Shown here piece by piece: positions 36,563-46,264 of a stretch of DNA of 46,264 nt. Numbering within the stretch: position 1 is the stretch's first letter; each line of letters starts with the position of its first letter. Source of the DNA: Octopus sinensis (Eukaryota). The stretch spans positions 1 to 46,264 of the forward strand of contig NW_021834842.1 in NCBI RefSeq assembly GCF_006345805.1. Reading direction: 5' to 3'. Under the pieces are notes generated by a model. It worked only from the letters and a program-made list of their open reading frames with translations, searched no databases and had not been told where the DNA came from. Both the position numbers and the translations under genes were made by a program.

Positions 36563-36974
36563 AACAATCCTCCATCTTAACTACAGACACGATTCTATGC
36601 ACACCTAATCAACGGCAACAATTTCTCTTCATCTTGTAATTAATATTGTCCAGCACAATGATTATAACTTATTGTCCGCCATTTTATATCTCAATTACAA
36701 CAAGAGATTTCTTTCCTTCTTTGTTTCTTCTTTGCCTTTCTTTTCTTTTTTCCCCATTGTTATTTATAATCTTGTTCATTCGTATTTTCAAATCTCTTTG
36801 TTTGTTTGTTTTTCTCCGTTTCTTTCTTTCTTTTGGCTATTACGTCTAATTTCGGTGTTACGGCATCTTTCAATCTAGAAGTCTTGGAATGCACACACAC
36901 TCATATATAAACATATGTGTATCTATGCGTGTGTATGTGTGTGTTTGAGTATGAATATGCGTGCGTGTTATATG

Positions 36975-37020
<46 letters not shown>

Positions 37021-37082
37021 TGTGTGTGTGTGTATGTGTGTGTGTGTGTGTGTGTTTGCGTGTGTGTGCGTGTGTGTGTATG

Positions 37083-37480
37083 TGTGTATGAATATATATA
37101 TACATGTATGAATATATTTCTATATATCATATAAGGAGGGCAACAATTTCAAAACTCCCACGTTCACCAAATGCCACATATCAGGATAGGTTTCAAGTAG
37201 TGAAGGTGTTGGAACTAAAGTTAAAGAGTTACATGCATATGTGTGTGTTGTGGTGTGGTGCGCGTGTGTGTGTGTGTGTGTTGCGTGTGTGTGTGCGTGT
37301 GTGTGTATGTGTGTATGAATATATATATTACATGTATGAATATATTTCTATATATCATATAAGGAGGGCAACAATTTCAAAACTCCCACGTTCACCAAAT
37401 GCCACATATCAGGATAGGTTTCAAGTAGTGAAGGTGTTGGAACTAAAGTTAAAGAGTTACATGCATATGTGTGTGTGTGT
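37083..37480. repeat. Tandem duplication (~229-bp period) bounded by (TG)n
   Basis: Core ACATGTATGAATATATTTC...GAGTTACATGCATATGTG appears twice, apparently identical. Confidence 0.95.
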
Positions 37481-37492
37481 GTGTGTGTGCGC

Positions 37493-37526
<34 letters not shown>

Positions 37527-37569
37527 ACAAATATATATATGTATTTGTATATGTATATATATATATATA

Positions 37570-37770
37570 TAACGGGAAGCTTTATGAAAATAGACAAAAG
37601 ACGAAGGCAGGTTTACGGAAATAAACAAAAGACGAAGGCAGGTGGAATACAAACAAACAATTGTATTAGTATGGCGCTCAGGAAATATAAATGAAACAAG
37701 TCTTTAACGTTTCGAGCCTACGCTCTTCAACAGAAAGATACACAGAGAAAAAACACAGAAAGAAGGAGAG
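37570..37770 (-). mobile_element. Probable Penelope-like terminal fragment with HHR-like remnant
   Basis: Minus strand TTGAAGA-GCGTAGGCTC-GAAAC-GTT at ~37706-37730; abuts (TA)n. Confidence 0.4.
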
Positions 37771-38518
37771 AGAAAAATAGGTTATTAATTAAAGTGGCTG
37801 TTCGCAATCTAAAACCAAAAAATACAAGTCACATGTGCAAACGTCATTGAAATTGACTAAAGGTGAAAGTAAGCACCGGCAATGCTAGGAAGGCAGATCG
37901 TCAAAGAGAAAGATACTCTGACATAAAACTTGCAATCAATGCTTGTCACTGGAGTCAACTATGGTGACTCAGAGAGGGGCAGAACGTTGTACAAACCTGT
38001 ATCACTTAAATCCTGTGATGTAAAGTTGTTTGCATTATCATTTCATTTCTTGATCTGTTTTGATTTTTATAAAAAGTCTTATGGCGATGGATGTGAGGAT
38101 GAGTCAAATCTACGGACAGCCAAGTATGTCTAACATTTGACAAGACAAGAAGCCTATCATTTGACAAGACAAGGTAACCATTACCAAGCATCCGTGACTG
38201 TGCGTTCAAACTAAAATAAATACATGTTAGACGGTCAAAAACGCTCAAAGGCATGGAGCGATAACTTTTACTGTATTCTTCTGAAGACATGTTTTTGCGC
38301 CCGAATTATAAAGTTCTTTTTTTCTTTCTTTCTTTTTAAACTTTCTGCATTGTTAGAAGCTACCCTTATTTCTCATTCGCACCCTTTTTCTACTTCTGTA
38401 CTACAATGTTTCGAACGAATTACATCCCCTTGAAACAATAAATGTTTGAGTGAAGTTGACAATTTTTGTGTGTTTTTTAATGGGGAATTGAGGACTTTTC
38501 ACATTGTAATTGTTTATA

Positions 38519-38734
38519 TACTCTTACTCTTACTCTTACTTGTTTCAGTCATTTGACTGCGGCCATGCTGGAGCACCGCCTTTAGTCGAGCAAATCGACC
38601 CCGGGACTTATTCTTTGTAAGCCCAGTACTTATTCTATCGGTCTCTTTTGCCGAACCGCTAAGTGACGGGGACGTAAACACACCAGCATCGATTGTCAAG
38701 CAATGCTAGGGGGGACAAACACAGACACACAAAC

Positions 38735-38765
<31 letters not shown>

Positions 38766-38931
38766 CATATATACGACAGGCTTCTTTCAGTTTCCGTCTA
38801 CCAAATCCACTCACAAGGCATTGGTCAGCCCGGGGCTATAGCAGAAGACACTTGCCCAAGATGCCACGCAGTGGGACTGAACCCGGAACCATGTGGTTGG
38901 TAAGCAAGCTACTTACCACACAGCCACTCCT
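38519..38931 (-). mobile_element. SINE family C, full-length, well conserved
   Basis: Head GGAGTGGCTGTGTGGTAAG...GGTTCAGTCCC, internal (TA)/(TG), tail (AGTAAG)n. Confidence 0.92.
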
Positions 38932-39350
38932 ATCATATATACTAACATATTATATATATTTTCTCGTGAAAAAATGACGACTACTTGTGGTATTTTATAT
39001 ATAAATAAGGTACAAAATAAGGTAAATAATAATCACGAATACAAACATTCACATACCTCCCTTGTACACGCACACATATACACACATATACTTACACAGA
39101 GTTGAAACGCTGGTTTTTAATTTTTCTCCCCTTCCTTCGTTATTTATCAATCACCCCTTCCTTTCTCATTCATATGTTGTGACGGAGAATACAGAAGATA
39201 CACGACGTGCTCTTTGCCACTTCCTCTCTCTCATTACTATTACATTCTCTCACATCATCTCAGTCACGGCTATTACTCTCACTACTTCTCCTTCACTGAA
39301 TTATTTTTTTTTCTCCCTTCACTTATACTACTCTGCATGATTTTGGACAA

Positions 39351-39381
<31 letters not shown>

Positions 39382-39428
39382 TATATATAAAGACACTACG
39401 CTCATTATTATATTAGGAGATAAATGTA

Positions 39429-39471
<43 letters not shown>

Positions 39472-39730
39472 CATATAAGTTGAAACTCTATTCTCTCCAA
39501 CGCGGTATTGAGCACTATGTTATTTGTACAATGTCGAAAATATTCCACTAATATTATCCAAACGATGTCAACAGCGAGTTTATGAATCACCCAATTGTAG
39601 GTCCCCATGTCATACAAACCCTGAATTCACATCATGTAACAGCATTGCGATAGGGTTGGGTTTTTTTTTTTAATTCAAATGGTCTTGTTTTATTCAATAT
39701 TAATCGAAAGGAACGAAATTCACAGTATTC

Positions 39731-40132
39731 AAGGCGACGAGTTGGAAGAAACGTTAGCACGCTGGGCGAAATGCTTAGCGGTATTTCGTCTGCCGCTACG
39801 TTCTGAGTTCAAATTCCGCCGAGGTCGACTTTGCTTTTCATCATTTCGGGGTCGATTAAATAAGTACCAGTTACGCTCTGGGGTCGATATAATCGACTTA
39901 ATCCGTTTGTCTGTCCTTGTTTGTCCCCTCTGTGTTTAGCCCCTTGTGGGTAGTAAAGAAATAGGTATTTCGTCTGTCTATACATTCTGGATTCAAATTC
40001 CACCGAGGTCGACTTTGCCTTTCATCCGTTCTGGGTCGATAAATTAAGTACGAGTTGCGTACTGGCCTCGATCTGATCGACTGACCCCCTCCCTAAAAAA
40101 TTTGGGCCTTGTACCTAGAGTAGAAGAGAATA
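39731..40132 (+). mobile_element. SINE family A, dimeric form
   Basis: Head, unit 1, junction AGAAATAGGTATTTCGTC, unit 2 with a different 3' end; same layout as 16581-17008. Confidence 0.92.
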
Positions 40133-40357
40133 TTAAAACGGTACTTCGACAAATTCGTCCATGAAGTACCAGACAAACCATCACCATCAGAATAAGTCTC
40201 AGCCAACAACTATTTGTTCGAGTGGTCCATTGTGTCCCGAAACATTATTTAAAAAAGATCGCTTCAGATGCTGCTATGAAGTTATACATGGCCTGGGCCG
40301 ATAATGGCCCAAACGAATCTAAGTAATCTAGGTGACGTTATATATATATATATATAT

Positions 40358-40525
40358 ATCTTTTATCGTTTACTTGTGTTGGTGATTTGTCTGCGGCCAT
40401 GCTAGGGCACTGCCTTGAAGGGATCCTAGGACATCACTTTTGAAGTCTAGTACTTTTTGCCGAAGCGCCAGATTATGGAGAGGTAAACACACCAACACAC
40501 TTCAACAACCATTGTCAAGCGGTGG
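40358..40525 (-). mobile_element. SINE family C, 3' fragment, diverged
   Basis: CTGCGGCCATGCTAGGGCAC...TTTTGCCGAA...GTAAACACACCA...TTGTCAAGCGG. Confidence 0.7.
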
Positions 40526-40569
40526 GGTGGGGTTCAAACACAGACTCAGACGCGCGCACACACACACAC

Positions 40570-41565
40570 ACTTCGGTTTCGAAGAGGAGAACTCTGAAAG
40601 GTCAGTTTCGACTTCCTCAGTTGTTCCGAGAGTTAGTCCATCCAAATGATTCTGTAAACTATGGAACAAAGGATAATCTGAAGGAACACTGTCTGGGGAA
40701 TAAGGCAGATGAGCTATTTTCTCCCAGCCTGCTTCATCGGTCTCTTGTGATGTGATCTTTGCAGTGTGGGGGGGGGGTCTTGCATTGTTCTGATGAAACA
40801 CTCCCTTTCGATTCAATAAGGCAGTGCTTTTTTTCTTCAAAGTAGCGTTTGTAGCCGCTCTAAGTTGATGCTTCTTTTGCAATCCCACTTGAGAGAAGAA
40901 CCTTCTTCGCATGGAGTTCCCTTTTCGGTTGTGGTTGGGCCTTTTCTCCTTCACTAAGCCAATATCTACGATCTTAAAATTTTCATAAAAGACTCATTTT
41001 CTATCACCGGTCACCAATCTGTCCAAAAAGGCGAGAACGAAGAGAGGAGATGTCCACTTTGGATTTGCGGTTGGCTTAAGACAAATCATGAGTCATCCAT
41101 TTTCCAGATTTGGGGACCTTTACTAGCAGTTGAAGATGGCGGGGAACAGTTGTATGGCTTGAACAAAGCTTGATGGTCAATTCTTCAACTGGAACTGCAT
41201 AATCTTTTTTCAAGTTCCGCCAAAAGAATCTTGTCATTAAACTCAACTTGACATATTGTTCGTGCCTCATCCTCAAGGCTGAAATCTCCACTTCTGAATT
41301 TTACAAACCATCTTCTGCAAATTCTTTCATTCAGTCACTCTTCTCCATAAGCTGCAGAGTTCTCTTTTTTAAACTCATAATGCTCCTTAGTCACTTCTAT
41401 GTTTGAAATTTCAATTAGATTATCCTGTAAAATAAAATTTAATTAGTTTAAATATGTCCAAATACGTATAACTATTACTCGATGCCATTAGACATTCTAA
41501 AATACTGTTAAAGCGTTTGAAATTGACCATATAGGAACCCGAACATTATTTATGGAATGACCTGA
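40570..41565 (-). mobile_element. Decayed mariner, 3'-truncated, related to 6730-7926
   Basis: TIR-like CATTATTTATGGAATGACCTGA plus TA at 41544-41567; remnants GKWMTHDL, FHQNNARP, HLPYSPDSVPSDYPLF. Confidence 0.9.
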
Positions 41566-41825
41566 TACGTGAAAATTTACTTCGCTATATTTATTGCATT
41601 TTCGTTTAATAATGCGTGCCTTTTTAATAATTCACCACTGACATGTTATGGATATATTTCATGCTGCTTAGACACGAATTTATTATCCGAAAATAATCAA
41701 TTCTTAGATATTAATATAAAACATATGAGACATTACTCAGATGCGGTTAAACACTTGGAGATTAGTTCCTGCTATTTAGAGTAAATATATTTTAGATAGT
41801 TTATTACAAAGAATTGGTAAAGAGA

Positions 41826-41875
<50 letters not shown>

Positions 41876-42872
41876 GAGAGATAAAAGAGAGAAAGAGAGA
41901 ATGGAAGTGTTACACTTTGAAATCTGGAAATAATGTTGATAAACTTCTATGAGTCTCTCACTATAAACTTACAACTGTAATTACAGATAATTATATACAT
42001 ACACACACACTCATATTAGTATACATTCACACTTATATATGTATTTATGTATATGTATATATTCACATACTCATATACACACATACATGCGCGTGTGAGT
42101 GTACGTAGGTTTGCATATATACTCACTTATGCATAAATGGACATGTGTATAAAACTAAATAAACACTTAATTTTATACACTTATACAGTTGTTTATGGAC
42201 TTGAAAACAATATATATATATATACATATACATACATACATACATACATACATACATACATACATACATACACACACATACTACACATACCTGCATACCT
42301 GCATACATACATACATACATGAATACAATATATACACACACATACATACACAAACATACATGCATGCATACATACATACATACATACATACATACATACA
42401 TACTACATACATACATACATACATATCTAGTGACTCATTCTTGTAGCTCCATTCAGGTTTAAGGTTTGCAATCTCATAGAGAACGATTCTATCGCTAATG
42501 TAAGCATTATTTCAGAGATATGATTCCTACGCTAATCGTTTAATTAGATTATTCGTTTTATGTAACGCCTGTTGGTAAAAATATAAGTACTTCGCTTTTC
42601 ATTATAGTTGTACTGACGTGCCAATGTTTACTGTATCTTTCGATAATACTACAAACTGTCTTACCTATATATGCCTCAAGGATGTTAGCACGTTACTTCA
42701 AGGCATCATATACGGTATACAATACAATACATAATTTCTAATTTAACAGTTGATATGTAATTTTATGCTACATATTTGGTAACTATTTCCACGAGTCTCT
42801 TTGTTCAAAAGGATAAGGCTAGATGCACCGCAGATTCACCTAAATTTACTAGCTATGTAAATGTACGGTTAT

Positions 42873-43278
42873 GGCTGCATGGTTTAGACGTTTACTTTGC
42901 GACTACATAGTTTCGGGTTGTGTCCCACTTACCGGAACCTTGAGCAACTGCCTTCTACTATAGCTGCAGGCTGTCCAATGCACTCTGAGTTAATTTGGTA
43001 GATGGAAACTGTGTGAAAGCTCTCTGTTTATATGTGCACGCGTATGTATATGTGTCTGGGTGTGTGTCTTTATGTCTGTGTTTATTTCTCTCACATTGCT
43101 TGACAACCGATGTTAGTTTGTTAATATCTCTGTAATTTAGCGACTTAGTACCCAGACTTCAAAAATAAATACTGGGGTTATACTGGGCTTGATTTGTTTC
43201 GACAGAACCTTTCAAAACGGTTCCCTAGCATGGTCGCAGTTCAATGACTCAAACACATAAATTATAAAGATAAAGGAT
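42873..43278 (+). mobile_element. SINE family C, diverged
   Basis: TGGCTGCATGG...CCTTGAGCAA...TTTGGTAGATGGAAACTG...AGCATGGTCGCAG. Confidence 0.8.
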
Positions 43279-44024
43279 AACTTACTATTAGATATTGCAT
43301 ATCTGCAAATGACCGACGTCCTGTCCAAGGGTGAAATCTATGCGCTACAGAATCGGGAAACCGGCTCCTTATGAGGCTATGACTCGGAAAGGAGCATTGC
43401 TCATTTTTCGTTCGTTTTTTTTCTTTTTTGAGAAGTTGCATCTTTAAACATTAAACTCCTTACCAATTAGGTATAACCTTTATAATCACTACTCTCAAAT
43501 CTATTAACGTGCCGTGAACTGATTTCGGTTATCATATTCCTATTCTTAACGGCCCTCTTCCAAAATTTGTTACGCCATAAATGGCATGTCCAATTTGTGT
43601 CATTTTAAAAGATGTTAACAGACCGTTTACTTGCTCCGTTCACACCATGTGCCTACTTTCTTACGTGTAACAAAATGATTGCATTCAGAAAATAAGACAC
43701 TGGATGTGTCTTTGCAGTCCTTTGAGATCCGCATATTCGTACTGCATTTGCCATCAAGATGTTAATCTTCCGACATAGTGGTCATTCTTGATCACTAAAG
43801 CGTTCGCTGTGGGTTTTCTAAAATGCGTGTGCAACATGTATGATTTGGATGTTGCATTTTATATACATTGCTTGGTGCCTAGAACAGGTAACTACATATT
43901 CGGGTACCTAGAAAGACGGCTAAAAGGAACTCATACTAAAGCCAATACTTTCGAACCCTTTACAGGCTCTACTTCTCCGAAGTGGGAGCTCAGAGCTTCG
44001 GTACACCGGACATGCGATGAGAGT

Positions 44025-44293
44025 GAAGGTGGGTGGCTTCGTGGTGAGGGTATTCAGCTCACGATTGCAAGGTTGTGAGTTCGAAAACCGGCGGCATGTT
44101 GTGTCCTTGAACAAGACACTTTATTTCACGTTGCTCCAGTCCACTCAAATGGCAAAAATGAGTCGTACCTGTAATTCAAGAGGCCAGTGTTATCAGTTTC
44201 TGTCACGCTGAATCTCCCTGAGAACTACGTTAAGGGTATGCGTGTCTGTGGAGTACTCAGCCACTTATACGTTAATTTCAGTCCAACGTAACC
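44025..44293 (+). mobile_element. SINE family B
   Basis: Colinear with the other B copies; 3' deletion. Confidence 0.88.
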
Positions 44294-44649
44294 GGTGCTG
44301 GTGCACCATCGCCTCAATACCCAAGATATCAGCTTTCCTCAGGAGTTGTATGTCTGGATTGAATTTTTACGGTCCAACCAACATTCAGAATGTGTCTCAG
44401 ACATTTCTGATGAAAACGTTCATGATGTTTGTAAAGAGTTCATGTCTCATATGTGTCACGGAGCGATGTCAGTACACATGCACAGTGCACAGCAATTTTT
44501 GTTTCCCTTTTGATGCTATGCTGGGACCAGACACGAGACTGAAGAGAACAGAATGAAACAGTTCATCTCTGCAGCCTGAAAGATATTTCATCGTCCAGGG
44601 AGTAAGGACGACTGCGTGTGCTGCCCAGGTAAGCAAACTTGTCTATCAG

Positions 44650-45283
44650 TTTCAGTATTATTCCTTCAACCCAAGATAGTTGTTCCACATATGAATTTCC
44701 TGGTGCAGGCTAGACATTACAACAGTCTTGTCCAGGCTAATACTCAGTCCAAATGCCTTGCAAGAGACAGAAATATTGATTCATAAGTATTTTGCATGTC
44801 ATCCACTGTATGAGTGACTAGTCATAGTCATCTGCATAAAGAAGGTCAGGAATAAGAGACTGGAAAACGTTTGATTTGCAGAAAATTGGCGCAGATTAAA
44901 GAGACGGCCAGAAGAGCAATACGTAACATATATTCCCAGAGAGCTAAATTTAGCAAAGAATGAGTAAAAGCAGCAGCAAAGTACGAAGGAAAGAGAGTTG
45001 GAGTAAGGATGCCACCCTGCTTGACACCATTCTCTACAGGAATGGCTACCGCTATACCTCCACCAACATTGACCCAAGCCTCCATCCCATCATGAAATGA
45101 TTTAATCATAGATAGAGTGATCCAGACATCTAAGTTGGCCAACTATTTTCCATAGCAAGGCCCTATTCACAGTTTCAAAGGCCTTGGTTAAATCAATGAT
45201 AAACCTCGACAAGATCCATATTTTACTCATAACACTTCTACATGTCTTGCTGTAAAATCTTATCCATTGTCCCTCTACCATTA
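44650..45283 (-). mobile_element. RTE (BovB-like) LINE RT-core fragment
   Basis: IDLTKAFETVNR, IKSFHDGM, GVKQGGILTPTLF, DLLYADD, CKAFGLSISLDKT across frameshifts. Confidence 0.9.
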
Positions 45284-45311
45284 TATATCATAGCTACATA
45301 CACACACACTA

Positions 45312-45352
<41 letters not shown>

Positions 45353-45413
45353 CAACATATCACATACATATCACATATATATCTATATTAATATATATAT
45401 ATATATATATTAT

Positions 45414-45419
<6 letters not shown>

Positions 45420-45448
<29 letters not shown>

Positions 45449-45471
45449 TAAGAATAATAATAATAATAATA

Positions 45472-45507
<36 letters not shown>

Positions 45508-45531
45508 TTAATAATAATAATAATAATAATG

Positions 45532-45563
<32 letters not shown>
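45420..45563. repeat. (AAT)n microsatellite
   Basis: Seen directly. Confidence 0.97.
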
Positions 45564-45564
<1 letters not shown>

Positions 45565-45932
45565 TGGGAATATATCCAAACTTACAGGAAAAAATTAGAT
45601 TTAGGATTAAATCAAATTTCACAGCATAAATATAAATTAAATTAGATATAAAACGACTATTAGGCAAATCAAACGGTGAAATACATAAACCAAAACATAA
45701 AAATAAATATAATTAATATAAAATACAAAATAAATAGAATATAAAATTTAAATTTTAAATTATTTAAATTTTAAATTTTAAATTTGTATTTATAAAGTTT
45801 TATATTTTTTAAATTTTAAATTTATAAATTTTTAAACTTTTAATTTTCTAATTTTTTAATTTTTTAATTAGTTGATTTTTTTATATATACTATCAAAAAG
45901 TATTAAAAAGTTTAATATTATATAAGAAGTAC

Positions 45933-46031
45933 AACCACTATGTACGTTTCATGGCCATAATTCAATTCGAATTACAATTAATTTAAATTCAATTAAAAAT
46001 TCGAATTATAATTATAGTCAATCTTCAGGTT
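45933..46031 (-). ncRNA. Decayed hammerhead-like motif with very long stem II
   Basis: AAC-CTGAAGA-T-TGACTATAATT...AATTATGGCCA-T-GAAAC-GTACATA-GTG-GTT; GUG is not a cleavable triplet. Confidence 0.45.
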
Positions 46032-46264
46032 AATGATAATATTTAAATAAATAAACAAATAGATTTAAACAATATATTTTAAGAAATAAATAAAATAATA
46101 ATTTTTCTTATAAAAAACTCTATTATCAAATTAGAAACTTAAACCATTAGGATTGTCATACAACCCAATTATTATGTTAAATATTAATTTTTAAGGTAAA
46201 AAAAATAGATAGAAAAATGTATTTATCTATTAAGATATAATATGGCTTTAAAAAACAAATAAAC

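Noticed and set aside
37104-37694. 196-aa ORF with internal repeat
   Set aside because: Arises from the tandem duplication plus microsatellites; no recognisable domain.
45700-46264. Mitochondrial insertion (NUMT)
   Set aside because: AT-rich, but no recognisable mitochondrial gene, rRNA or tRNA motif.

Overview
AT-rich, repeat-saturated eukaryotic non-coding DNA with no intact protein-coding gene that I can support. Nearly all listed ORFs are translations of microsatellites or mobile elements. The SINE types and microsatellite load resemble an octopus/coleoid genome (inference from recognition, not verified). Contents: about 25 copies of three tRNA-headed SINE families (called A, B and C here); decayed Tc1/mariner elements and MITEs; several RTE-type LINE remnants; a Helitron-like 3' end; a truncated tRNA-Thr(UGU); and a Penelope-like GIY-YIG tail. 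The most striking signal is about 15 intact or decayed type I hammerhead-ribozyme (HHR) motifs, seven of them between 11.6 and 15.3 kb. These include two large palindromes each carrying back-to-back HHRs and a retrozyme-like direct repeat with HHRs 368 nt apart. A six-unit SINE concatemer sits inside a single 15-bp target-site duplication. All coordinates and pairings were read by eye, so element boundaries are approximate.
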